A program made the translations under genes and the position numbers. Positions 1-6,396 of a stretch of DNA of 18,238 nucleotides are shown here, in pieces (positions within the stretch are counted from its first letter, which is position 1; each line of letters opens with the position of its first letter). The stretch is from a virus, in IMG/VR virus record IMGVR_UViG_3300045988_164576, positions 1 through 18,238 of that record. One strand, written 5' to 3'. The notes under the pieces are model-generated. The model made no database searches. It was not told where the DNA came from and saw nothing but the letters and a program-made list of their open reading frames with translations.

Positions 1-32
1 GTTGGTTATTCATGATACTTTAATTATACCAC

Positions 33-79
33 AAAAAAAGACTGCTGTCTTGCTTTTTGGCAAGATCGCAGCCTTTTTT
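33..79. terminator. Intrinsic-terminator-like hairpin in left host flank
   Basis: Imperfect hairpin with arms 40-53 and 60-73 (12 of 14 positions pair, including one G-T) and loop tttttg. It is flanked by A7 (33-39) and T6 (74-79), so it could act in either direction. The gene it would serve lies outside the window. Confidence 0.4.
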
Positions 80-126
80 CTTGGGAACTTTTTTTTACAG
101 CCCCTTTTTGTGTTAGAATATTTTGA

Positions 127-220
127 CAACTAAAAAACGGCTCTCCACAATAGCGGAAAGCCGTTTTTTACATATTGGTCGGAGTGACCGGATTTGAACC
201 GACGACCTCTACCACCCCAA
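127..220. repeat. Direct repeat DR1 (94 nt): displaced tRNA-Pro 3' 45 nt (176-220, minus sense) plus the downstream terminator; left att junction of element A
   Basis: 127-220 matches 7760-7853 except for the lengths of one A-run and one T-run. Positions 176-220 are the reverse complement of a tRNA 3' part running from the anticodon loop to CCA. The first 14 nt and last 17 nt are identical to 15646-15690 inside the intact tRNA-Pro. Confidence 0.85.
132..169 (-). terminator. Intrinsic terminator following the displaced tRNA-Pro 3' fragment (likely the native tRNA-Pro terminator)
   Basis: 9-bp stem 138-146 / 155-163, fully paired as minus-strand RNA with one G-U, loop 147-154. On the minus strand it is followed by a U-run (the A6 at 132-137). 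Confidence 0.6.
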
Positions 221-251
221 GCCCACGCACGAAGTGCGCAGGGCGTTTTTT
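221..251 (+). terminator. Intrinsic terminator just inside element A next to the att core
   Basis: GC-rich hairpin 221-244 (gccc/gggc and cgcac/gtgcg arms with a small internal loop, apical loop gaa), followed by T6 at 246-251. In a circularised element it would terminate the int/cargo transcript after attP. Confidence 0.45.
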
Positions 252-556
252 ATGTCCGAAGCATTAAATGTTGAGGGTGCAGGGCGCACAAAGCTGTGCT
301 GTGCGCCTTGCCTGCCCCCTGCCTGAGTGGCGGTCGCCAAAGTTTTGAACGCAGTGAAAAACTTTGTGTGACATCGCCACGCGCCCACCTCTGGGGTGCA
401 GGTCTGCACACTGTCGCAAGGCTGTGCGTTCCCTTTGTTCTGATTGTGTCATATCGGAGCTACAAACAAGCACCGCTTCTCAACTTTAATCCGTAGTGGT
501 CAGCACTTTGTATCCTCGCCGTTTAGGCGACGGCTTGAAGTGTGGATTGTGATTTG

Positions 557-790
557 TTATCCGTCTTTGTCTTGGTTTATCTTTATGATGATTTGCCCTA
601 GTTTCACAAGCGTTTCATTCTGCTGTTTCAATAGTTCCGTTTGCTCCTTGTTCCTCTTTGAAAGATCATTAACAGTTTTGCAAAGGTCAAGAAATTTGCA
701 GATTAGATAAATAATAAGCAAAAAGATTAACGCATCTATGATAATTCGTCCTATAAGTATATATGCTAAAGTCTTGTCTAAACCAAACAT
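557..790 (-). CDS. Small membrane protein (one N-terminal TM segment plus a charged coiled-coil-like tail), co-transcribed with the regulator; function unknown
   Basis: 77-aa ORF starting one nt after the regulator stop (taaATG). It has a hydrophobic stretch IIIDALIFLLIIYLI. It is a homolog of 11719-11955 in element B (KEQTELLKQQNETLV vs EKQTELLRQIQQNTV), in the same position relative to the regulator. Confidence 0.6.
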   Translation of the reverse strand: MFGLDKTLAYILIGRIIIDALIFLLIIYLICKFLDLCKTVNDLSKRNKEQTELLKQQNETLVKLGQIIIKINQDKDG

Positions 791-1138
791 TTATTTCTCC
801 TTAATTTTTACAACAGCGCTATTATTATTCTGCTGTGTTATGTTGTATTTGCTGTTACTGTCTGCTTTGTAGCCTATTCCCCTTTTGTCATTCGTCAGTC
901 CTGCTATATAATCAATACTCACTTTATAAAATTTTGCTAACTGTATAACTTTTTCAAATGGGATAGGATATTCACCTGTTTCCCACCTACTATATTGCTT
1001 TTGAGAAGTGTCAAGAATTTTCGCTATCATGCTTTGATTTAGTTCCATATCCTCTCTTAAATCTCTAAGTCTTTGATAATAATTAATAAAAATCACCTCA
1101 CTTATTTGTTTATTTATACAAATTATATCATAGTACAT
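791..1138 (-). CDS. XRE-family helix-turn-helix transcriptional regulator (CI/Cro-like repressor); start codon uncertain
   Basis: The stretch LRDLREDMELNQSMIAKILDTSQKQYSRWETGEYPIPFEKVIQLAKFYKVSIDYIAG is a typical HTH_3 pattern. The first ATG (1138) lies upstream of the best minus-strand -10 (1127-1132). The real start is therefore probably downstream, near the GAGGTG at 1094-1099. Confidence 0.8.
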   Translation of the reverse strand: MYYDIICINKQISEVIFINYYQRLRDLREDMELNQSMIAKILDTSQKQYSRWETGEYPIPFEKVIQLAKFYKVSIDYIAGLTNDKRGIGYKADSNSKYNITQQNNNSAVVKIKEK

Positions 1139-1205
1139 AATTGTTCTATTGACAATAGTACAAAAATGGGGTATATTATATATGTCGGTAGTACATTATT
1201 GTACT
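1127..1205. promoter_or_regulatory. Divergent face-to-face promoters with TAGTACA operator repeats (element A immunity switch)
   Basis: Plus strand: TTGACA 1149-1154, 17-nt spacer, TATATT 1172-1177. Minus strand: TTGTCA (1150-1155) , 17-nt spacer, TATGAT (1127-1132), so the two -35 boxes overlap. TAGTACA occurs at 1131-1137, 1156-1162 and 1189-1195. The last copy is part of the perfect palindrome AGTACAttatTGTACT at 1190-1205. Confidence 0.55.
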
Positions 1206-1219
1206 AAGTCCTCGAACAT

Positions 1220-1367
1220 AAAGATAACTACGATTAAATCGGTGAATGACGACAGCCTGAAACGGAAAAGTCTCGAATGGTAGGTAGTAGCCGTGAACGT
1301 GTGCATAATAGGTAGCACTCTATGAAACTTTCTTAGAGTTTTGGCACTAAAGAAGCCACCGGGTAAG
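1220..1367 (+). ncRNA. Conserved structured non-coding element, copy 1 (leader RNA or ssDNA-functional element; family not recognised)
   Basis: 148 nt with only 6 substitutions outside one hairpin loop relative to 12334-12474, although the flanking promoters and downstream genes differ. All three forward frames contain stops. The hairpin ACTCTA/TAGAGT (1317-1322 / 1334-1339) keeps its stem while the loop is 11 nt here and 4 nt in copy 2. Confidence 0.45.
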
Positions 1368-1445
1368 TATCTGTTTATCTTATGTTTATTATCACAAATT
1401 TAAAGGCACGAGGAAAAGCCGAAAAACCTCAGAAAGGAAAAAAAC

Positions 1446-1763
1446 ATGAAAACAACTATCGTAGGCTGGACAAAAAAGAAAGCATTTAACGGAGTTATAG
1501 AGGGCAAGCAGATAAACAGCCCTGAAAAGGTCGTCTTTCAGCTTCTGCAGGAAGTTGATAACCCCGACTGTCATGGAAAAATGGTCGATACACTGAAAAT
1601 ACCGACCGAAAATGCAATCAGACTTAACGGAAATTCTGAGGATTTCAATAAGCTTCTCGGCTGTGATGTAATGCTGAACTATCAGATTTTTAACGGACGT
1701 TCTCAGCTTGTTGATATCACCGTAATCAATGCAGACGGAACACTTCACCGCAACACAAAATAA
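1446..1763 (+). CDS. Hypothetical protein, possibly a gpV-like ssDNA-binding protein
   Basis: 105-aa ORF, the first gene of the rightward operon and immediately upstream of the coat-like gene, as in Ff phages. It shows weak similarity to the positionally equivalent 8086-8361 (e.g. VMLNY vs VNINY). The functional guess rests on position and size only. Confidence 0.5.
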   Translation: MKTTIVGWTKKKAFNGVIEGKQINSPEKVVFQLLQEVDNPDCHGKMVDTLKIPTENAIRLNGNSEDFNKLLGCDVMLNYQIFNGRSQLVDITVINADGTLHRNTK

Positions 1764-1817
1764 TTAGCGGTGAAACCGCTGTTATAAAAATTTAATAAGA
1801 AAGGAGTTTTGCTAATA

Positions 1818-1973
1818 ATGGAAGCTGTAACAACAATGCTTAGTAATGCCGTTACTGTTTTTGGTTCTTGTTGGGACGCTATGACAAGCAACGTACCTAT
1901 TGCAATTCTTGTAGGTCTGTCTCTTCTCGGCTCTGGTGCAGGACTTTTCGCAAAGTTCAGACACGCTGTATAA
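1818..1973 (+). CDS. Major coat protein-like (pVIII-like), 51 aa
   Basis: Not in the ORF track because it is under 60 aa. AAGGAG RBS at 1801-1806, ATG at 1818. Sequence MEAVTTMLSNAVTVFGSCWDAMTSNVPIAILVGLSLLGSGAGLFAKFRHAV has a central hydrophobic helix and a basic C-terminus. It shares the W-x-x-MTSN-P motif with 8379-8558. A terminator follows. Confidence 0.65.
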   Translation: MEAVTTMLSNAVTVFGSCWDAMTSNVPIAILVGLSLLGSGAGLFAKFRHAV

Positions 1974-1989
1974 GCAAAACCATTTACAT

Positions 1990-2026
1990 AAGCGGAGTAA
2001 TTCAAATTGCTCCGCTTAATTTTTTT
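1990..2026 (+). terminator. Intrinsic terminator after the coat-like gene
   Basis: Perfect 8-bp stem AAGCGGAG / CTCCGCTT (1990-1997 / 2010-2017) followed by a T-rich run ending at 2026. Confidence 0.6.
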
Positions 2027-2043
2027 GAAAGGAAGTTGATAAA

Positions 2044-3798
2044 TTGAGAAAAAAGATTAAGCAAGTGTTGTGTATGATCTCTGCACTTGTTGTGATGATA
2101 TGTTGTGCTGTTCCTGCATTCGCTTTAAAGCAGTCTGATGGTTCTGGTGGTATGAAACTTTTTATTGATATGGCGTTGAAAAAAATAAATTCTGACTTGG
2201 GTTTTACACCCGATTCATATATAGCCTTTTATTCGCCTAACCGCAAAGAGTACTCTCTTATATATCTTGTTCCTGACACTGTTCAAAAATTTTACCTTAA
2301 TTTGAGCGGCGGTGATATAGATACTTTGAATCAATCACAATTTTATATTTCAAATTATCATCGTCATTCTGATGACAACAAAACATATCGGTATGTTTAT
2401 CGCTATAATGATAAAAATCAACTTGTATTTAAAGCTCAATCTAGTCTTTTTGAATTTTCTGCCAATATAGGTGATATATCCAGTGTTAGTTGCGGTGTTG
2501 CTATGCACGTTGGTGTCGATTCTGATAATGGTGCTGATACCTATGTTTATTATCATAATGCTAAGGTTTATGATTGGTCTAACCCTGATAAAGATGTAAC
2601 CCCTACAGACCCCACCGTTGTTCCTGCTCCGTTTACTGTTACATATACACCTGAACTTTCATTGAATATGCAAAATAAAATTTACTATCCGTCAAAGGGT
2701 GGTGCTAATGCTGATGAAAATGGACTTGTAGCAGCTGAAAATAATAATATAAACCTTGATATAAAGCTTTCACCTGAGTTTTTAAAAACGTTCAATGAAA
2801 AAGACTTAGGAAAAGCTTACGGCTCTGGCACTTATGCCGTTTTATGTTGTCTTTCAAAAAATCTTCTTAACGCTGGTGATGATCTACAACGTTTCTTTGA
2901 TGAAGATGTTGTGCTTTATGCAATGAACCATGACGGCAATTACTACAAGGGTCAAGATGATGAAAAAATTAAGTCTGACGGCTCTTCTTCTGACGATTTG
3001 AATAGTAATGATACTGTTGATACTTTTGAGCCGTATTTAACATTATATCAAGGTCGAACGCCTATTTATACTATTCCTCGTGACGGCAAGATTACTGTAT
3101 CTTTTGATCTCACTTCTATTGATTATAAAACACATGGTCTTACTGATGATAGCAAGCTTTATGTTAATGTTATCGGTGTATTTGTAAAGAATAACGGTCA
3201 TGTTACTCCTCAGAATGGTGAAAAAACAGAAGATACAAATTCTTCAACGTGGCTCGGCTCGTATGCCTATCAAGAAGATTTTACAAACCTTAAGACGTGT
3301 GAGAAGATTGATGATTTTGTAAAGTCCGTTGATGAAGAAACAGGCAAGCCTGAAACATTCAAGGCTTATCGTGTTTATTCTGTTATTTCAGACCCTTTCT
3401 CTTATGAGAAGTTTCCTGATTATGTACCTAAAGTATATAAAGACAAGGACGGAAATACTTATAATCCCTCGACTACAAAGCTTAAAGACTTGTGTAATAT
3501 ACCGCCGTCAAAGGTCACTGACGTTGACCTTGCTAAGGGTTCAGATGGTGTTATAAATGATGGTTCATATATGCAACCTGATGATTATAACAAATATCTT
3601 GATAAGAAAAAAATTAATGCAAATTTCGGCTCTGTTGATTTCACGGATATAAAATCTATATTCAGTACAACGGGTACATATTGGGATTTTCTCACCGCCG
3701 CTCTTTCTTGTTTGCCGTCATGGTTTTATGCTGTGTTCTCTGCATGGTTTGTGCTGTTCTTAGCTATTGCGCTTATCAAGCTTGTTTTACCTACGTGA
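2044..3798 (+). CDS. pIII-like adsorption / minor coat protein (signal peptide plus C-terminal membrane anchor)
   Basis: TTG start 8 nt after AAAGGAAG. The N-terminus MRKKIKQVLCMISALVVMICCAVPAFA looks like a signal peptide. The C-terminus has a hydrophobic anchor (WFYAVFSAWFVLFLAIALIKLVL). It is a homolog of 8627-10177, with conserved ends and a divergent middle. Confidence 0.7.
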   Translation: MRKKIKQVLCMISALVVMICCAVPAFALKQSDGSGGMKLFIDMALKKINSDLGFTPDSYIAFYSPNRKEYSLIYLVPDTVQKFYLNLSGGDIDTLNQSQFYISNYHRHSDDNKTYRYVYRYNDKNQLVFKAQSSLFEFSANIGDISSVSCGVAMHVGVDSDNGADTYVYYHNAKVYDWSNPDKDVTPTDPTVVPAPFTVTYTPELSLNMQNKIYYPSKGGANADENGLVAAENNNINLDIKLSPEFLKTFNEKDLGKAYGSGTYAVLCCLSKNLLNAGDDLQRFFDEDVVLYAMNHDGNYYKGQDDEKIKSDGSSSDDLNSNDTVDTFEPYLTLYQGRTPIYTIPRDGKITVSFDLTSIDYKTHGLTDDSKLYVNVIGVFVKNNGHVTPQNGEKTEDTNSSTWLGSYAYQEDFTNLKTCEKIDDFVKSVDEETGKPETFKAYRVYSVISDPFSYEKFPDYVPKVYKDKDGNTYNPSTTKLKDLCNIPPSKVTDVDLAKGSDGVINDGSYMQPDDYNKYLDKKKINANFGSVDFTDIKSIFSTTGTYWDFLTAALSCLPSWFYAVFSAWFVLFLAIALIKLVLPT

Positions 3799-3806
3799 GG
3801 TGAATT

Positions 3807-3971
3807 ATGGATATAATACATGGTATTGAATTAGTTTTTAAATTCCTGATGAACTGTATGTCTTATACGTTTCCATTTGGCAAATACAGTTTTACTCTCG
3901 GTTCGGCTATTATAGGCGGTATGCTTTTATCAATCAGCTTGACTTTATTATATTTTATGCTTAGAAAGTAG
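3807..3971 (+). CDS. Small membrane protein (minor virion/assembly protein candidate), 54 aa
   Basis: GAGGTGA RBS, ATG at 3807. Sequence MDIIHGIELVFKFLMNCMSYTFPFGKYSFTLGSAIIGGMLLSISLTLLYFMLRK. It is a homolog of 10188-10355 (G-x-x-SFT-x-G-x-x-I-x-G motif) in the same position after the pIII-like gene. Confidence 0.6.
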   Translation: MDIIHGIELVFKFLMNCMSYTFPFGKYSFTLGSAIIGGMLLSISLTLLYFMLRK

Positions 3972-3978
3972 GTTTATT

Positions 3979-4053
3979 ATGTTAGTAAATATTGTTTTAT
4001 TTGTCCTCGTTGCTCTTATGGTCCTTTCTCTTGTATGGCTCGTTAGGAGGTAG
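3979..4053 (+). CDS. Possible 24-aa hydrophobic peptide (pVII/pIX-like size class)
   Basis: The sequence MLVNIVLFVLVALMVLSLVWLVRR is almost entirely hydrophobic. Its 3' end contains the AGGAGG RBS of the next gene. There is no clear RBS of its own and no equivalent at this position in element B. Confidence 0.3.
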   Translation: MLVNIVLFVLVALMVLSLVWLVRR

Positions 4054-4057
4054 AAAA

Positions 4058-4294
4058 ATGCTTAACTTGGTTTTGTTTATACTCGTTGTCTGCTTTATGG
4101 TTTGTACTATAAGCGGTGTTATAGGTTTCTTCACTGACCTTAGAAACTTTAAAGCTGAACATGAGTTCAGCGGAAACAGAAAACAGCTTATAGAGTTTCT
4201 TATGTTCGGTGAAGATGTTGAAATAAAAGCCGTTCCTGCGGTTGAAACTGATGATTGTGAGGTGAACGATAATGAAAGTACACATAGTGTTTGA
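4058..4294 (+). CDS. Small membrane protein with an N-terminal TM segment and acidic tail
   Basis: ATG at 4058 follows AGGAGG (4045-4050), so the ORF-track start at 3992 is probably too far upstream. It is a homolog of 10368-10613 (GVIGFFTDLRNFKAEHEFSGNRKQLIEFL vs GVLTFFIDIHAFKSEKDLSLPRKRLIEAL). Confidence 0.65.
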   Translation: MLNLVLFILVVCFMVCTISGVIGFFTDLRNFKAEHEFSGNRKQLIEFLMFGEDVEIKAVPAVETDDCEVNDNESTHSV

Positions 4295-4481
4295 TGAAAA
4301 TAACCCATTTTTTCAGCTTTTGAAGTCAATGGGCTGTGATCTCTCGCAAGAAGTCATGAATAGATATGACGCTTTGCTCCTCGGCATGGCATTTATATTC
4401 GCTGTGGTTATGCTTTGTATCTTCTGCAAGTTCTTTTATAATGTGATGATACGCATGACACGTTGTGCAAGTGCTGTGTAG
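4272..4481 (+). CDS. Small membrane protein, 69 aa
   Basis: GAGGTGA RBS upstream. It is a homolog of 10607-10813 (motifs QLLK-x-x-GCDL and YN-x-MIR) and has a central hydrophobic segment. Confidence 0.6.
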   Translation: MKVHIVFDENNPFFQLLKSMGCDLSQEVMNRYDALLLGMAFIFAVVMLCIFCKFFYNVMIRMTRCASAV

Positions 4482-4491
4482 GTGATTTGTT

Positions 4492-5286
4492 ATGATTATA
4501 TTTGACTACATAAAACAAATACCGCCCTTTATCACCTATGAGGTATATGACCACCTTTTTGGTGCATACTTCAATAATTCCGCTATCTTTCAAGGTTGGG
4601 GCATACATCTTTATACCGGTAAATTCGGAACAGGTAAAACCTCAACCCTTGCTCAGATAGCATATAACTATTGCGTGCGTTATCCTCAGTTGTCTATACT
4701 TACAAATATCAATCTTCAAAACTTCCCTGAGTGGACGAATATTTATAAGCTTAATTCCGCACAAGATATCCTGCACGCTCCTAAGAATTGTATAGTCGTA
4801 ATTGATGAGATAGGCACTATCTTCAATTCACGAGATTTCTCAGGTGGTAAAAGAGCCGTCTCTAAACCGCTTTTTCAGCACCTTTGTCAATGTAGAAAGC
4901 GCAAAATGATGATACTTGCTACAGTGCAACGATTTAATCTACTTGATAAACAGATACGAGATATAACGGCTACAGTGTCAACGTGCCGTGCTACATTCCG
5001 TCACCCTTATACACGTCTTATTAAGGTTAAAACCTATGATATAGACGAGTATGAAGCGTATACGGAGAATAAGTCATATATGCCGAAAAAGCTTTACAGC
5101 CGTTTGTATTTGCAGACTAATCAGAGTCGACAGCTATATGATACTTCTCAGCTTGTAGATAATATGCTTGATAAGGAGTACATCAGCGACACGGAAATAC
5201 TTGCCAATCGTGGAGTAGATGTCACAAGTGACATCATGCACGATAGAAAGACAAGCAGAAACCTGCGAAAAAGGCGTGGCGTATAG
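4492..5286 (+). CDS. Zot / pI-like P-loop morphogenesis ATPase (inovirus hallmark)
   Basis: Walker A is GKFGTGKTS and Walker B is IVVIDEIG. The pattern P-loop ... ILTNINL ... VIDE is typical of the Zot family. By eye it is roughly two-thirds identical to 10891-11688, making it the most conserved protein pair between the two elements. Confidence 0.75.
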   Translation: MIIFDYIKQIPPFITYEVYDHLFGAYFNNSAIFQGWGIHLYTGKFGTGKTSTLAQIAYNYCVRYPQLSILTNINLQNFPEWTNIYKLNSAQDILHAPKNCIVVIDEIGTIFNSRDFSGGKRAVSKPLFQHLCQCRKRKMMILATVQRFNLLDKQIRDITATVSTCRATFRHPYTRLIKVKTYDIDEYEAYTENKSYMPKKLYSRLYLQTNQSRQLYDTSQLVDNMLDKEYISDTEILANRGVDVTSDIMHDRKTSRNLRKRRGV

Positions 5287-5358
5287 CCACGAGCGACCGC
5301 AGGGGCGAGCGCTTGCGCCGCCCTGCGGTGCGTGTGGCTATTACTTGATATTAGCCAC
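5284..5358 (+). other. Putative plus-strand rolling-circle origin of element A: GC-rich long hairpin plus a second hairpin with a phiX174/pC194-type nick motif in its loop
   Basis: TAGCCAC occurs at 5284-5290 and 5352-5358, with its complement GTGGCTA at 5334-5340. An imperfect GC-rich hairpin spans 5285-5340. A 7-bp stem 5334-5340 / 5352-5358 has the loop ttACTTGATAT, so ACTTGATATTA spans 5343-5353. This matches 11 nt of the phiX174 origin CAACTTG|ATATTAATAAC and contains the CTTGATA core of pC194-family origins. Confidence 0.6.
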
Positions 5359-5394
5359 AAAAAGCACTCACCTAATAAATGGGAGTTGATATAA

Positions 5395-6396
5395 ATGTCC
5401 CTAAAAATGTCTTCTAAAGAGGTCAAGTGCAATACAAAGATAAAGGAATATCGTGACGGCAGTTACACTATAACACGTTCTGATCGACACATATTTAAAG
5501 ACCCTGCATTTGAGTATCACTGCAAGCATGAGCATAGTATTGACGAACGTTCAAGACAAGAGCAACTTAAAACGGCTCGTGAAAATTACATATGTTATTT
5601 TGAGTATGAGGACGAAAACGGAAACATAATGCTTGATATGCTTGATACTCGTAAGTTTAAAGATAAGCAGTCACAAAGCGGTGAAGTTCGTTCCGATAGT
5701 GTTCAAAGAGCAAAGCAAAGTATCTTTGATATAGTTTATCAAAATGATTGGAAATACTTCCTTACTATTACCTTTAATGGCGATAACCTTGACCGCACAA
5801 ACCCTAAAGAAGTCATAAAGCCTTTGAAAAAATGGCTTGAAAATGCAGTTAGTAGAAAAGGGCTTAAATATATCTTAGTTCCTGAGTATCACAAAAAAGG
5901 CGGTATACATTGCCACGCCCTTATAAACGATTGTGACTTTAAGTTCGTTGATAGTGGTACACGTCTTGTTAAGGGTCATGACAAGCCCCTTAAAATAGAT
6001 ACTATAAAGCGCCTGCATATATGTGATAAACTCGGCTGTGATATATCTGATTTGCCTGTTGTGTATAACGTGTCTGATTGGCGTTATGGTTTCTCAACCG
6101 CTATTCAGACTTACGGACAAATGTCTAATTTAGCTTTCTATGTCACTAAGTACATAACAAAGGACGTAAAGAAGATATTCGGCAAATTCTTCTGGAGTAG
6201 CAAGAACATTGTCCGCAAAACTAAAGAGATCTTTTGCAATTCAGACTTTAAAGACGATTTGCCGATAGTTTCTCCCCCTCGTGCTAATGTCTGTTATCAG
6301 TATGAAAGTAGTTTCACCTTTTCAAGTCAAGTCGAAAAGAACTGCAATGATATACTTCAATATCTTAAAGAGAATGGAAATGATGATGTCCTATGA
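5395..6396 (+). CDS. Rolling-circle replication initiator, phiX174 gpA-like HUH superfamily (two-tyrosine type)
   Basis: Motif 1 is FLTITF, motif 2 is GGIHCHALI (H-hydrophobic-H) and motif 3 is FYVTKYITKD (compare phiX174 gpA YVAKYVNK, with two Tyr three residues apart). GGGAG RBS at 5381-5385. Confidence 0.75.
   Translation: MSLKMSSKEVKCNTKIKEYRDGSYTITRSDRHIFKDPAFEYHCKHEHSIDERSRQEQLKTARENYICYFEYEDENGNIMLDMLDTRKFKDKQSQSGEVRSDSVQRAKQSIFDIVYQNDWKYFLTITFNGDNLDRTNPKEVIKPLKKWLENAVSRKGLKYILVPEYHKKGGIHCHALINDCDFKFVDSGTRLVKGHDKPLKIDTIKRLHICDKLGCDISDLPVVYNVSDWRYGFSTAIQTYGQMSNLAFYVTKYITKDVKKIFGKFFWSSKNIVRKTKEIFCNSDFKDDLPIVSPPRANVCYQYESSFTFSSQVEKNCNDILQYLKENGNDDVL

Noticed and set aside
209-496. Three ORFs of 66-69 aa (209-409 minus, 264-473 minus, 296-496 plus) in the GC-rich island
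   Set aside because: They overlap one another on both strands and lack RBSs. Their Arg/Ala/Gly/Cys-rich composition is typical of random ORFs in GC-rich sequence. The region is better explained by its dense hairpins.
1182-1289. 35-codon ORF (MSVVHYCTKSSNIKITTIKSVNDDSLKRKSLEW) running through the conserved leader element in copy 1
   Set aside because: In copy 2 the A-to-T change equivalent to position 1260 creates a TAA in this frame and there is no equivalent ATG. The substitutions between copies also show no codon periodicity.
2350-2556. Antisense or alternative-frame ORFs inside the large genes (2350-2556, 3329-3556, 8649-8896, 9285-9485, 9579-10203, 13299-13695, 15218-15487, 17071-17595 and others)
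   Set aside because: All are nested in longer ORFs that have homologs, motifs and RBSs. They are typical shadow ORFs of AT-rich sequence.
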